A stretch of DNA of 64,000 nucleotides from Alphaproteobacteria bacterium (GTDB lineage: Bacteria > Pseudomonadota > Alphaproteobacteria > JAAXGF01): positions 2,784,001 to 2,848,000 of the forward strand of contig CAUVXB020000002.1 in NCBI GenBank assembly GCA_963555825.3, given 5' to 3'. The notes beneath the pieces were generated by a model, which worked only from the letters and a program-made list of their open reading frames with translations, was not told the origin of the DNA and searched no databases. The position numbers were made by a program, and so were the translations under genes. Below, piece by piece: positions 10,936 through 26,069 of the stretch. Position 1 is the first letter of the stretch. The number at the start of each line of letters is the position of its first letter.

Positions 10936-12183
10936 TCAATCGGCGGAGTTAATTCCATCGTGATGGAACAGTGCCGCCCGCACCGTATCCTGGAACAATT
11001 CTCGCCCAGGACTGCAGGGCTCTTGCCCCAGTCTGGCCAGCTCCCGGCGCGCCCATCCTGTCGCGCCAATCCGCTGCGCAGCCGTAAACAGGTATGCAAC
11101 AGCCCCTTCAGCATCCGACAGGGGCGGATTGTAACCACCGCCTCCCAGCAGTTGCCCGATCGCCATCAATGCGACCGAGGCAGCGAACCGAGGCTCAGCT
11201 TCGCCGAAATCTCGAGCTGCGCGAACCAACGTCGAGGGGTCCCCTCCGTGGGTTCCAGCGCATTCGAGGGCGATATCGAGAAACCCCTCATCCTTTGCTG
11301 CTGCGAACCATTTGCCCTTGTCACCGCGGATCTCAATCAGATCGAGAAGTATTTGACGGCGGTCGAGATCGGGATATTGGCGTACTAGCGCACGGTAGAT
11401 GGCGAGATTGGTCGTCCCGCGCGTAGCCCGCAATCCATACTTTCGATAGGCCTCATCGGTGCGGCCATGCTGGATCAGAAGATCTTCACAAAAAAGGTCT
11501 ATGGAATTGTCCTCGAAACGGGAATTCGAGGTGTCGCGCACGCCTTCAGCAAATGCGATAGCGCCTTCCCACAGACCTTGGCGGACCAACGCCTCTGCTC
11601 CGAACCGGTGCCAGGACCAGAACTTTGTCCGTCGTGTCGCGAGCAACTCCTGAAGCTCATCGTAGCGGCCAGCTTCAAGCAGGCATGACAAGCAAATCGA
11701 AGTTCCTGTCACATACTGAAAGCTTTGATGATCGGACCAGGCGCGGCGCACCATCTCGATGAGGCGATCCGCATATTTATTGATCAAATCTGGATAGTGG
11801 GCGATCTCGCCCCAGCGCTCTTCGGCCGGTCTCAGATACTCGACGCCATCGTTCTGGACCGCCTCGAACAAACGTTCGAGCCACTTGCTTCTGGTCGCAT
11901 GATCGGCCGGCGCGTCGGCCAGGATCGGAATTAGCTCGCTCAAGGTCCGGGCAACCGCCGTTCCCAAGGCACCAGACGAGGTGTCGATGTCCTGGAAGGC
12001 AGGCCAGATACGCTCCATCAGCCACACCGACCCGTCTCCCGCGGCGACTGGGTCGGATTTCGCCGCCGACCTGATCTCGGAGGCTGCTTCCTTGAGTCGG
12101 CTGATCGCAAGTTTTGACCCGCGCCAGCCAAAGGCCCTGGCCCGAAGGTTCTTCTTGAACAGCCACTTTCGACTCGCCGCCAT
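10936..12183 (-). CDS. hypothetical alpha-helical protein
   Basis: GGAGG RBS before ATG 12183; long ORF with RARAFGW, DTSSGALG, GKWFAAAK. Confidence 0.7.
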   Translation of the reverse strand: MAASRKWLFKKNLRARAFGWRGSKLAISRLKEAASEIRSAAKSDPVAAGDGSVWLMERIWPAFQDIDTSSGALGTAVARTLSELIPILADAPADHATRSKWLERLFEAVQNDGVEYLRPAEERWGEIAHYPDLINKYADRLIEMVRRAWSDHQSFQYVTGTSICLSCLLEAGRYDELQELLATRRTKFWSWHRFGAEALVRQGLWEGAIAFAEGVRDTSNSRFEDNSIDLFCEDLLIQHGRTDEAYRKYGLRATRGTTNLAIYRALVRQYPDLDRRQILLDLIEIRGDKGKWFAAAKDEGFLDIALECAGTHGGDPSTLVRAARDFGEAEPRFAASVALMAIGQLLGGGGYNPPLSDAEGAVAYLFTAAQRIGATGWARRELARLGQEPCSPGRELFQDTVRAALFHHDGINSAD

Positions 12184-13317
12184 CACCTCCATCCTTGTAG
12201 AACATAAGAACACCAAACAAGGGCAGGAAAATCTCGCTTCCTACCATCGTCTGGCGCTTTGCGTACAAAAGTGCCATCCAACCCATCAGGCCTAGACTTC
12301 AGGAGTACCGGTTCACATCATGTTGGATCCGGGTACTACAGCAACAGATGTCCAAATTGTCTTAACCGCTTATGCACTTTGTTCCGGCGCAACCAACATG
12401 TTGTAGGTGACAGGTTTGGCGCGGATGGCGATGGCGAACAGGGAGCGGAAGGTGGCGTGCCGCGTTCTGCGTCGGTTGAAGCGGAAGACGAACTCGTCGA
12501 GATAGGTTTGCAGGTATTTCCTGCGCAGCCCGTGATAGACCCCACGGGCCCAGCCCTTGAGGTTGGAGAACATCTGATGGATCCAGGGCAAGACAAGATG
12601 TGCGGCCATGGCGCCGATGACGTGGGGATCGTGCTGGTTGACGGGGACGCCGGCATATCCGGCCCATCCATCGGTCTTGGCGGTGCTGGCCGGGGCGATG
12701 TTACGGGCGATGAAGGCGTTGAGACTGCCGGCACCGTAGTCGGTGAGAGCGGCCAGGCGCAATCGGCCCGGCTTGTTGCCGTCGCCCACCTCGATGCCAC
12801 CGACCACGAGCAACTTGCCGTCATGGCTTCGCCCGGGGCCGCCGCCGGCGGGGTCGTTCTTGGTCCGGAAAGGCAGGGAGGTTTCGTCGATCTCGACCAG
12901 CCCCGACAACGGATTGCGGTCTGGATCGACCATCGCCCGGCGCAGTTTGGCGGCCAGCATCCAGGCCGTGCGATAGGACCCGAGAGCGAGCTGCTTCTGC
13001 AGCTGAAGGGCGGAGATGCCGTTCGAATGGGTCGCCATAAGATAGGCCGCCCAGAACCAGACCGTCAGATCGAGCTTGCTGCCGTGGAGGATCGTCCCCG
13101 CGGTCACCGAGGTCTGGCGATGGCAGCTGGTGCATTCGAAGGTGTGCGCCTTGGCTCGAAGCGCCCAGCCATGATCGTGTCCGCAACCCGGGCATTGGAA
13201 GCCCTCGGGCCAGCGCATCGAGAATAGCCAGGCGGCACAAGCAGCCTCGTCGGGAAACATTCGTTGGAAGCTGATCAGGCTCTTGGGAAAGCGCTCCATG
13301 GGGCGTGCTCCTGTCTA

Positions 13318-14496
13318 GTGTCCTGATCGATAAATTGATATGATTATGTCTCTATTTGTTTTTAGGAGGCGCGATTGATGGCGAGAGTGGCGGTGACGAT
13401 CTCTTTGAGCGATGACGAGCGCGCCGAATTGGAGGCGCTGTCTCGTCGTCGCAAGACGTCGCAGGGGCTTGCGCGGCGGGCTCGGATCGTCTTGGCGGCG
13501 GCGGAAGGGTTGGAGAACAAGGAGATCGCCGTTCGTCTCGAGGCGAGCGCGGACACCGTGGGCAAGTGGCGTCGCCGCTATGCGGCGGAGGGCCTCGACG
13601 GTCTGTACGACGAACCCCGCCCCGGCGCGCCGCGTCAAATCGGCGATGACGCCATCGCGGAAGCGGTCCGGCTGACGCTGGAAGAGACGCCGCCGGACGC
13701 GACCCATTGGAGCCTTCGCTCGATGGCGCGGGCGAGCGGCCACGCGCCCTCGACCATTCATCGCATCTGGCGGGCCTTCGGCTTGCAGCCGCATCGCTCG
13801 GAGACCTTCAAGCTGTCGAGCGATCCCTTCTTCGTGGAGAAGGTCCGCGACATCGTCGGTCTGTATTTGGCGCCGCCGGATCGTGCCCTGGTTCTCTGTG
13901 TCGACGAAAAGAGCCAGATCCAGGCCCTGGACCGTTCCCAGCCCCTCTTGCCGATGCGCCCCGGGCAGGCGGAGCGGCGCAGCCACGACTACAAGCGCCA
14001 CGGCACGACCTCTCTCTTCGCGGCCCTCGACATCGCCACGGGAGAGATCATCGGCAAATGTTTCCCGCGCCATCGGGCCCGAGAGTTCCGCAAATTCCTC
14101 GACCTCGTCGAGGCGAACGTCCCTGCTGATCTCGACATCCACATCGTCATGGACAACTACGGGACCCACAAGACCAAGGCGATCCGCGACTGGTTCGCCA
14201 AACGGCCGCGCTGGCAGGCCCATTTCACACCCACCAGCGCCTCCTGGCTGAACCAGGTCGAGCGCTGGTTCGGGCTGCTGACCGACAAGCAGATCAGGCG
14301 CGGCGTCCATCGCTCCACCAAGGAGTTGGAGCGCACCATCCTCGACTACATCGACACGACAAACCAGAACCCCAAACCCTTCAAATGGACCAAATCCGCC
14401 GATGACATCCTCGGCGCCATCCAGCGCTTCTGCCTCCGAACAATCGAAATCGCTGAACAGCAGGCGAAAATCATGCGAACTTCGGAATCGGGACAC
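13318..14496 (+). mobile_element. IS630-family element, copy 1 (transposase 13375-14499)
   Basis: [34 protein letters not shown]; TA on both sides; ends GTGTCC..GGACAC. Confidence 0.95.
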
Positions 14497-14498
14497 TA

Positions 14499-15682
14499 GT
14501 GTCCTGATCGATAAATTGATATGATTATGTCTCTATTTGTTTTTAGGAGGCGCGATTGATGGCGAGAGTGGCGGTGACGATCTCTTTGAGCGATGACGAG
14601 CGCGCCGAATTGGAGGCGCTGTCTCGTCGTCGCAAGACGTCGCAGGGGCTTGCGCGGCGGGCTCGGATCGTCTTGGCGGCGGCGGAAGGGTTGGAGAACA
14701 AGGAGATCGCCGTTCGTCTCGAGGCGAGCGCGGACACCGTGGGCAAGTGGCGTCGCCGCTATGCGGCGGAGGGCCTCGACGGTCTGTACGACGAACCCCG
14801 CCCCGGCGCGCCGCGTCAAATCGGCGATGACGCCATCGCGGAAGCGGTCCGGCTGACGCTGGAAGAGACGCCGCCGGACGCGACCCATTGGAGCCTTCGC
14901 TCGATGGCGCGGGCGAGCGGCCACGCGCCCTCGACCATTCATCGCATCTGGCGGGCCTTCGGCTTGCAGCCGCATCGCTCGGAGACCTTCAAGCTGTCGA
15001 GCGATCCCTTCTTCGTGGAGAAGGTCCGCGACATCGTCGGTCTGTATTTGGCGCCGCCGGATCGTGCCCTGGTTCTCTGTGTCGACGAAAAGAGCCAGAT
15101 CCAGGCCCTGGACCGTTCCCAGCCCCTCTTGCCGATGCGCCCCGGGCAGGCGGAGCGGCGCAGCCACGACTACAAGCGCCACGGCACGACCTCTCTCTTC
15201 GCGGCCCTCGGAGAGACATCGCCACGGGAGAGATCATCGGCAAATGTTTCCCGCGCCATCGGGCCCGAGAGTTCCGCAAATTCCTCGACCTCGTCGAGGC
15301 GAACGTCCCTGCTGATCTCGACATCCACATCGTCATGGACAACTACGGGACCCACAAGACCAAGGCGATCCGCGACTGGTTCGCCAAACGGCCGCGCTGG
15401 CAGGCCCATTTCACACCCACCAGCGCCTCCTGGCTGAACCAGGTCGAGCGCTGGTTCGGGCTGCTGACCGACAAGCAGATCAGGCGCGGCGTCCATCGCT
15501 CCACCAAGGAGTTGGAGCGCACCATCCTCGACTACATCGACACGACAAACCAGAACCCCAAACCCTTCAAATGGACCAAATCCGCCGATGACATCCTCGG
15601 CGCCATCCAGCGCTTCTGCCTCCGAACAATCGAAATCGCTGAACAGCAGGCGAAAATCATGCGAACTTCGGAATCGGGACAC
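14499..15682 (+). mobile_element. IS630-family element, copy 2, frameshifted
   Basis: Direct tandem copy sharing one TA with copy 1; 5-bp insertion near 15211-15215. Confidence 0.95.
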
Positions 15683-15788
15683 TAGAATAAAACAAGAATA
15701 TCCTACTCCGTCAACCCTTCCAACGCAACATCTGGGGTGACCGGATCGTCATGCACAAGCGGTAGGCGCGTTATGAGACATCCAATAA

Positions 15789-16173
15789 ACGCGCCTTCCT
15801 CGATCGAGAGCACCTGGTAGGTGATGTCGCCGTTCATGACCGCGGTCGCGGCGATCGACACCGAGGCGGCGGTCACCTGGCCCGACAGCTTGCCGCAGAT
15901 GCGCACCTTCTCGGCGGTGATCGAGCCCTCGACATGGGCGCCCTCGCCGACGGTCAGCGAGCGGCTGTTGATGTCGCCCACCACGGTGCCGTCGACCTGG
16001 ATGTCGCCGGCGCTTTCGAGATTGCCGACGACCTTGAGGTCGGCGCTGATCGCCGAGGCCTCGCCGCTCGCCTTGCCGGCGCCGCGCGCGGACGTGTCCT
16101 TGTCGGACTTGCCGAAGCCCCGCGCGGGCTGCGCCGGGCCGCTCTCTGCCTCTTTCTCGCTTTTGCCAAACAT
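15789..16173 (-). pseudogene. bactofilin (CcmA, polymer-forming cytoskeletal protein), 3'-truncated
   Basis: ISADLKVVGNLESAGDIQVDGTVVGDI..LTVGEGAHVEGSI..LSIEEGA; similarity ends near 15789. Confidence 0.8.
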
Positions 16174-16201
16174 GTCCCTCATCCCTCGCAACTTGGTTGA
16201 A

Positions 16202-17065
16202 CCGACATTCCCCATATACCATCCAAATTCGTGGAAATCGTACCACTTTCCCACCGCCAAGGGAACTGTATCCCCTATGCAGCCATCCGATGGCATGATT
16301 TTGGTAATCGGCCCGCGCTTGGAAGGCCACTCGGTCATTTTTCTCGCCATCCAGACACACCTCTCCTGTCGCTTTCTCCTCGCCGTCGATTCCCTCGGCC
16401 TACGCCGGAGCGGGTCTTCGTCGCAGATCATCAATCAAGCTCAGGATTTTCCGGAACAGGTCCCTCGGCACCGCCACCTCAGCCAATTGGAACGTAACGT
16501 AGCGGCCATGTCGGACAACCTTGGCCCCGATCTTCACCAGCTTGTCGCGCAACGTCGTCATCGACCAGTGCTCCACCTCCTTCGGCAAAGCCAGTGTCCT
16601 CATGAAGTTGCCCAGATTGTAGGCCAGGGCGTGAAGCTGGAGCCGAACGGCATTGTTGCGGAACTTGCGACATGACAGACGGGTCCAGTTGATGGCGTTC
16701 TTGCCTTCCTTGATGTGCTGCTCCGCCGTGCCACGGTGATTATAGAACGCCACCACCCGCTTGGTAGGGCGCGACAGATTAGTGACGATGAAACCGACGC
16801 GAGGAACCAGCTCGCCGGGGTGCCACTCCACTTTGGCCACGACACGGCGCTTCTTGTTCCACGATCCGGCCTGATAGCTGAAGCTGGCGTGGAAACGGCG
16901 AACATGGTCGGGCGGGCGACCGACAGGTCGCGTAAGCAGATGGGCAATGTTCCGCTGGAGAATCGCGTTCGCTTTGAGGCGGATGACGTAGAGTAATCCC
17001 TCGGCTTCGAGATATTCGTATATCTCCGGTGAGGCGAAGGCGGCATCGCCACGAAATCGACGCCT
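16202..17065 (-). mobile_element. IS1380-family 3' remnant (ORF 16400-17077)
   Basis: RGDAAF, FYNHRGTAEQHIKEGK, NAVRLQLHALAYNL; right end ..ATGGGGAATGTCGG. Confidence 0.85.
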
Positions 17066-17202
17066 GTTGCCAAGCATGGATCGACCTCATCGCAGAACCG
17101 GATCGTATGCGAACCCTCTGCGCCTATCCATGGATCATGAAGGTGATTTCATAGGCTCACTGGTATTAGTCCACCCGGGCGGAGCAAAACTAGTCCACTT
17201 AA

Positions 17203-18673
17203 CAGCCCGTTGACGAAGTCGTCACTGGACACAAGCGGCCTGGTCTGATTCTTTGACGTTCTGATTTGACCGGGGGATTCGCTGTTGACGATGGGACAGC
17301 AGAAGCATCGTCAGGGGGACTTGATGGTAGGCTGGGCGGAGATGCCGCGCTCGCCGGGTCATGTGTTTTACGACCGTCTGCAGTCGGTACTGATCGAGGG
17401 CGGTTTCGACGGCTTTGCCGAGGCGGCCTGTCGGTCCTATTACGCGGTCAGGCTGGGGGCGCCTTCGGTGCCGCCGGGGCGCTATTTCCGCATGCCCCTG
17501 GTGGGCTACTTCGAGGGCATCGACTCTGAGCGCGGGCTGGAATGGCGCTGCTCGGATTCCCTGTCGCTACGGGAGTTTCTACGGCTGGAAAGCCGGGATC
17601 GTGTGCCGGACCATTCCTGGCTGTCACGGACCCGCGCGCGCCTGCCCCATGAGGTCCACACGGCGATCTTCGACTGGGTTCTGGCTCTGATCGCCGAGGC
17701 GGGTCTGGTCATGGGCGAGCGCATCGGGGTCGATGCCTCGACCATGGAGGCCAACGCGGCGCTGCGCAACATCGTGCGGAGGGACACGGGCGAGGGTTAC
17801 CGGGGGATGCTGGCGCGCTTGGCCCAGGAGAGCGGCATCGAGACACCCACGGCCGAGGACCTGGCGCGCCTGGACCGCAAGCGCAAGGGCAAGAAGCTCT
17901 CGAACCAGGACTGGGTCTCGAAGAGCGACCCCGAGGCCAAGATCGCCAAGATGAAGGACGGCACGACCCATCTGGCCTACAAGCCCGAGCACGCGGTGGA
18001 TCTGGACACCGGCGCGGTGGTGGCCGCCGAGCTACACCCGGCCGACGAGGGCGACACGACGACGCTGGAGAAGACGCTGGCGGCGGCCAAGGAGAATCTC
18101 GAGGCGGTGGACGCGGCACCGACGGCCGAAGACCCGGCCGAATGTGTGACCGACAAGGGCTATCACTCACGGTCGGTCTTAAAGGCGCTCGACGACGGCC
18201 CCTGGAAGACGCGGATCTCCGAGCCCAAGCAGAAAGGTTTTGCGCGCTGGCACGGCGACGGGGCGGCCCGCCGGGCAGTCACCAACAACCGGACCCGGCT
18301 GTTATCGGGCGTGGCCAAGGAAGCCTTCAAGCTGCGCGCCGAGATCGTCGAGCGCTCCTTTGCGCACAACCTCGATCGCGGCGGCATGCGCCGGACATGG
18401 CTGCGCGGGCGCGAGAACGTGCACAAGCGATACCTGCTCCATGTCGCCGGCCACAATCTGAGTCTCCTGATGCGCAAACTGATCGGCGCCGGCACCCCGC
18501 GGGAGGCCGTGGCGGGCGGATATGGCTGTATTTGCGTGCTTATTGCGCCAGCTGGAGCCGTTCTGGTCGCTCAGATGGTCCTCATCGTCTCGGAGGATGG
18601 CGAAACCGCCTTCGTCGCGTTATGTTTCGCCGTCGAGTGAAACCCGGTCAATAGCGCCTTTTTCAACGGGCTG
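17203..18673 (+). mobile_element. IS1182-family element (transposase 17285-18640) with TTAA target duplication
   Basis: IRs CAGCCCGTTGA and TCAACGGGCTG; TTAA at 17199-17202 and 18674-18677; motifs PDHSWLS, GVDASTMEANA, DKGY; inserted in an IS21-like end remnant (GGCGGAGCAAAACTAGTCCA). Confidence 0.9.
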
Positions 18674-18717
18674 TTAACGTTATGCGGTATGCGGTGTTGG
18701 GGGGTTGTCCCGGTAGT

Positions 18718-20055
18718 TGTGCCTCCCATTTATCTCATCCGGGGTGCATCAAGAACGCCGACCGGTCCGCCGGCACTGGTGATGGCACCATCTTCGCTGT
18801 GAGGCGGGCATAGTCATCTTCGGAAACGACGCCCACATCGATCGGCAACCGGCTTGGGGGGCCTTGCCATAGTAAGACGGATTGCTGAGGTTACGGCGAC
18901 CCCGACGGCGTCAGAATCATCGCCGCAAGCCGATTATACGATAGCCGGTGCCAGTCAGGCCGCCAACCGCTGGTACCGATGATGCAGCCCGCCGACCTGT
19001 GGAAACGCCACGATCTTCCCGGCGCCAGCCGGCTGAACCGATCGCCGTTCAGGGGTATCCTTGCCTAGCGCCAGGTGCGTGCGGGATCGCTGGTAGTAGT
19101 CGATGTACGACAAGAGTATCGCCCGCAGATGCCGTTCGTTTAGAACGATCACGTGATCCAGACACTCTCGCCTGATGGACCCGATCACGCGCTCAACGTA
19201 CGGCGACTGCCACGGCGATCGCGGCGCCGTCACGACCTCTTCGATGCCCATCGCCTTTATCCGCGAACGAAAGGCAATACCGTACACACGATCCCGATCT
19301 CGGATCATATACCGTGGTGCTGTCTCCCACGGAAAGGCCTCCCGGATCTGTTGCGCGACCCACGCCGCAGTCGGGTGTGCCGTGGTGCCGATGTGAACAA
19401 TCCGCCGACGCTCGTGCCGCAGCACAACGAGCACGAATAGAAGACTGAACGTCGCGGTGGGTACGACGAAGAAGTCGGTCGACGCTAGGCACCCGACGTG
19501 GTTCTCGAGGAACGTCCGCCATGTCTGCGAAGGTGGCTTTGGATGGCGCGGCATGTACTTGGACACGGCCGCCTCGGAGACCTCGAAGCCGAGCATCCTG
19601 AGCTCACCGTGGATTCGGGGAGCGCCCCACAACGGATTCTCCCGAGACATCCGGCGGATAAGCCCTCGGAATTCGCTCGACACGGGCGGTCGTCCCGGCT
19701 TCCCCCGTCGCGACTTCCGGGTCCAGAAACGTCGGAAGCCCTTTCGATGCCAGCCGATAACCGTCTCCGGCTTGACGATCACCAGGATCTCCCTCCAACC
19801 CGACCACAGCCGAGACAGGACGACCCAGAAAAGGCGATCGGCCATCCGAAGCGATGGCCTGGCTCCTTTCCGATCTAAGGCGGCAAGCTGCTGTCGCAGG
19901 GCAAGGTTCTCAAGATGCAACGCCGCGCGGCTGAGGAAAGCCTCACGGACCATGGCAAGGACAATTCGAATGGTCGTGCACATGTCGGAGACGCTATCCG
20001 GCACAAGCCGGGAATACTAGGATTTCTGCGGCAGATAGGATTTATGGGAGCCACA
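18718..20055 (-). mobile_element. IS with integrase-core (rve) DDE transposase (18955-~19983), IS481/IS3-like
   Basis: ENPLWGAPRIHGEL, TDFF, IRDRD, ERVIGSIRRECLD; IRs TGTGCCTCCCATTTATC and TGTGGCTCCCATAAATC. Confidence 0.85.
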
Positions 20056-20190
20056 GGCTACTTTGTCTCGGAAGCCTCGGTTTACCGGCTTCTCAAGGCC
20101 CACGGCCTGATCACCAGCCCCGCTTTCGTGGTCATCAAGGCAGCCGATGAGTTCCGCGACAAGACCACGGCGCCGAACCAGCTGTGGCAG
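20056..20190 (+). mobile_element. internal IS3-like transposase fragment
   Basis: GYFVSEASVYRLLKAHGLITSPAFVVIKAADEFRDKTTAPNQLWQ. Confidence 0.7.
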
Positions 20191-20650
20191 AGCGCCCACT
20201 CGAGCAGCAGGTTGCCATCGCGTAGCGCCTGCCAACTCTCCAAGCTCACCTCTTTGCCCGCCCGGTCACGAACCCGTGGCCGGGCCACCTTCACTTTGCC
20301 GCCGTGGTAGCCGATCTCGCTATGTGTCCTACCCCAGCGATAACCTCGACGGTCCCCATGGCGGCGATGTCGGGCCCCGCACACGGTCGTGGCGTCCTCC
20401 TCCATCATCTCGGCCAAGGCCTCGACCCCGGCCAGAAGACAAAACCGATCCACGCTGAGATGGACTGCGTCCATCGCGTCCGCCAGCGGCGGCATAGGAA
20501 TCGAGGGGGCAAGGGCTTTCGGGCGGCTGGAACTACGGATATTATTTCCCATGGTGTCGTTCTCCCTTTTGGGTTTGCAGCACCCGGAGCCTAACGGCTC
20601 CAGGAGAGCGACACCTACCTCAACTTTTCAACATCGACCGGGACATCCCC
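20191..20650 (-). mobile_element. IS256-family 5' remnant
   Basis: ORF from 20552 is similar to the N-terminus of 20714-22012 (SVDRFCLLAG, RWG, RPRVRD); IRL GGGGATGTCCCGG..GTTGAAAAG. Confidence 0.85.
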
Positions 20651-20657
20651 TTGAAAC

Positions 20658-22108
20658 GGCGATGTCCCGCCCAATGTTGAAAAGTGCGAGATAGGCATCG
20701 TCTGATCGAGAGGCTACGCGGCCACCTCGATGTCTTCAATGACGGACTTTGCTCCGGCCTTTCTCACCGCCTCCCGCAGGGCGGCGTCAAGGACGGGGAG
20801 CTGGCGGTAGGCCTTGAGGCGGCGGAAGGTCTTTTGCGCCTCCAAGAGGCCGGCGGCGGTCCAACGCAGCGCCATCTCGGCGTTGCGCCAGCGCTTGACG
20901 TTCCGCTGCACCGTCCGGACGGTGCCGATCGCGTTCTCGATGGCGTTGGTGCAAGCCAGCGAGTGTCGAAGTTGCGGCGGGAGGCCGAGCCGGATCACGG
21001 TCAGGATATCGTCCAGGCCCTCCAGGATCGAGCCCGAGACGCCGGGTGCGTCATGCTCCAGACGGCGGGCGAGGTTGCGCAAGAGCCGTTCGGCCTTGGC
21101 CGCGTCGTCCTGCTGCCAGGCCTGCCGCAAGACCTTCCTGACGCCGGCATGGAGGCTCTCGTCCAGCCGGTCCGTGATGTTGCGCCCCTTGTGCACCTGG
21201 CAGCGCTGGAGGGCCGCCGCCCGCCCGAAGGTCCGCCGGATCGCCTTCGAGAGCGCCTTGGCGCCGTCGACGATGTAGAGCCGAGGCCGTTCGGGATCGA
21301 GACCGCGCTCGATCAGGTTGTCGAGCATGGCTTGCACCGTGGCCGCGTTCTCCGTCGCGCCCTCGGCCAGGCCCAGCACGTGCTTCGCGCCGCCGGTGTC
21401 GATGCCGATCGCCGCCACCATCAGGTGATCGCCGACATGGAGCCCGTCGATCTGGAGCACCACGAGATCGAGATCGTCGAGCGGGCTCGCCAGCCAGGCC
21501 TTCAGCTTGCTTCGCGTCAACGCCACGAAACGGCGCGAGACCGCCGACTTCGAGGTTGCGTCACCCGATGCCGCCGGCAGATCGCCGCCCGCATCGTCCG
21601 GCAGGCGCACCGCGCGGGCATACTTGCGGGTCGAGACGTTGATCACCATCAGATTCATCGCCCAGGCTTGCAAGAGTTCGGGTTCCGACAGCAGCTCCCA
21701 ACTCGGCAGGCTCATCTCCCGACCCGCGAAGTCCCGCACCCGAGGGCGCTCGACCTTCACTTTGCCGCCGTGGTAGGCGATCTCGCTCCGGGTCGTGCCC
21801 CATCGATGGCCCTTGCGCTCGCCCGAGCGGGCGTGGCGCGAACCGCACAAGGCTTCCGCGTCCGCCGACATCATCTCGTTCAAAGACTCGAGGCCCGCCA
21901 AAAGGCAGAAGCGATCGACGCTCATGCGCAGATCGTCGAAGGCCTCCGGCATCGATGGCAAGAGCCGACAGGATGGTTCCGAGGAACGGTCGTTGCGTGT
22001 AGTCTTGGTCATGGCGTCGTTCTCCTTGATGGAATCAGCACCCAGAGCCTAGCGGCTCCAGGCGGACGACGCCTACTTCAGCTTTTCAACAGAGCCCGGG
22101 ACATCCCC
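20658..22108 (-). mobile_element. IS256-family element B (transposase 20714-22012)
   Basis: LQIDG, YIVDG, QRCQVHK, CTNAIEN; IRs GGCGATGTCCCG..TGTTGAAAAG and GGGGATGTCCCG..TGTTGAAAAG. Confidence 0.92.
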
Positions 22109-22275
22109 GACTAGGCCGCACCGCGCGGAAGTCTGAGGTTGTCTCCGCTCAAGTAAATTTGATCAGCTCGCTCCCCGGATCATGAATGAATGGTCGCCAC
22201 AATGGGCACCGGCATTTACAGTGTGCTTAATGATTCAAAGAATCGCCCTCAAAAGGCGGAAACGGGAGGAAGAGA

Positions 22276-23139
22276 ATGATACCTGGTTCGTTTGATTATC
22301 ACCGACCGGACTCCCTAGACGCAGCCATCTCTCTTCTCGCCTCGCTTGGCGACGAAGCGCGCGTGGTCGCGGGCGGACACAGCCTCATCCCCATGATGAA
22401 ACTGCGTATGGCGGTGCCGGAGCATTTGATTGATTTGCAGGATATTGCTGATCTTAAAGGCATATCCGTCGATGGTGGCACGGTCACCATTGGCGCCATG
22501 ACAACGCAAACGGCCCTGATCGCATCCGAGGAGCTCGCAACCGTTTGCCCTATCATCAAGGAAACGTCCCTGCAAATCGCCGATCCGCAGGTCCGCTATT
22601 TCGGCACCATCGGCGGTAATGTCGCCAACGGGGATCCCGGCAACGACATGCCGGCGCTTATGCAGGCGTTGAACGCCGACTACATATTGCAGGGTTCCGG
22701 CGGCACGCGCGAGGTGGCTGCCCGGGCGTTCTACGAGGCCGCCTTTTTCACGGCACTCGAGGATGGAGAAATTCTCACGGCGGTCCGGTTCGCGGCGCCG
22801 TCGGCCGGCCATGGCTATGCCTATGAGAAACAAAAACGCAAGATCGGCGACTATGCGACGGCGGCGGCGGCGGTTCTGCTCACCATGAACGGCGGCAAAT
22901 GCGAAACCGCCGCGATCGCTCTCACCAACGTGGCGGACACACCACTTCTCGCCGAAGAAGCGGCACGCGCTGTTGTCGGGACATCGCTCGATGGGGCGGC
23001 TCTGAGCGCCGCGGCCGAGGCAGCCAAGGCGATCACGAGTCCCGTCAAGGACGTCCGGGGCCCGGCCGATTTCCGCAGACATGTTGCCGGGATCATGGTG
23101 CAGCGCGCCATTGAAAAAGCCGCGGCGCGGGCAAGCTAG
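22276..23139 (+). CDS. coxM: aerobic CO dehydrogenase medium (FAD) subunit
   Basis: [35 protein letters not shown]; first gene in M-S-L order. Confidence 0.93.
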   Translation: MIPGSFDYHRPDSLDAAISLLASLGDEARVVAGGHSLIPMMKLRMAVPEHLIDLQDIADLKGISVDGGTVTIGAMTTQTALIASEELATVCPIIKETSLQIADPQVRYFGTIGGNVANGDPGNDMPALMQALNADYILQGSGGTREVAARAFYEAAFFTALEDGEILTAVRFAAPSAGHGYAYEKQKRKIGDYATAAAAVLLTMNGGKCETAAIALTNVADTPLLAEEAARAVVGTSLDGAALSAAAEAAKAITSPVKDVRGPADFRRHVAGIMVQRAIEKAAARAS

Positions 23140-23149
23140 GGAGACGGAC

Positions 23150-23643
23150 ATGTCGAAAATCCACGTCAAAATGACGGTCAACGGAACCGACGTCGAAGCG
23201 CTTGCCGACTCGCGCACCCTTCTCATCCACTTCCTGCGCGAGGAACTGGACATCACGGGGCCGCATATCGGCTGCGATACCAGCCACTGTGGCGCCTGTA
23301 CGGTCGACCTCGACGGAAAGTCGGTCAAATCCTGCACCCTGTTCGTCGGCCAGGCCGACGGCGCGGGGGTGACCACAATCGAGGGTATTTCCGGCGCGGA
23401 TGGATCGCTCCATGCGTTGCAGGAAGCGTTCAGCGAACATCATGGCCTGCAATGCGGCTTCTGCACGCCGGGCATGATCACCCGGGCCTACCGCCTGCTT
23501 CAGGAAATTCCGGATCCGACGGATGCGGAAATTCGCTTCGGGATCGCCGGCAATCTGTGCCGATGCACGGGCTATCAGAACATCGTCAAGGCCATCAGGG
23601 TGGCTGCCGAGCAGCTCAATTCCGCCGAGGAGGCGGCAGAATA

Positions 23644-23644
<1 letters not shown>
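23150..23644 (+). CDS. coxS: aerobic CO dehydrogenase small (2Fe-2S) subunit
   Basis: [27 protein letters not shown]. Confidence 0.95.
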
Positions 23645-26067
<2,423 letters not shown>

Positions 26068-26069
26068 CG

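Larger units (their letters stand above)
12366..15762 (-). mobile_element. IS1595-family element (transposase 12370-13299) interrupted upstream by tandem IS630
   Basis: Zn ribbon CPGC..CTSC, VEIDET, TDGW, YLDEFVFRFNRR; IRs CCGCTTATGCA (12366) and TGCACAAGCGG (15762). Confidence 0.9.

Noticed and set aside
9089-12360. Integron-like cassette array
   Set aside because: No attC-type RYYYAAC..GTTRRRY boxes seen between the genes and no integrase.
23452-23643. N-terminal extension of CoxL in the ORF track
   Set aside because: Overlaps coxS; the better start is ATG 23644 with GGAGG upstream.
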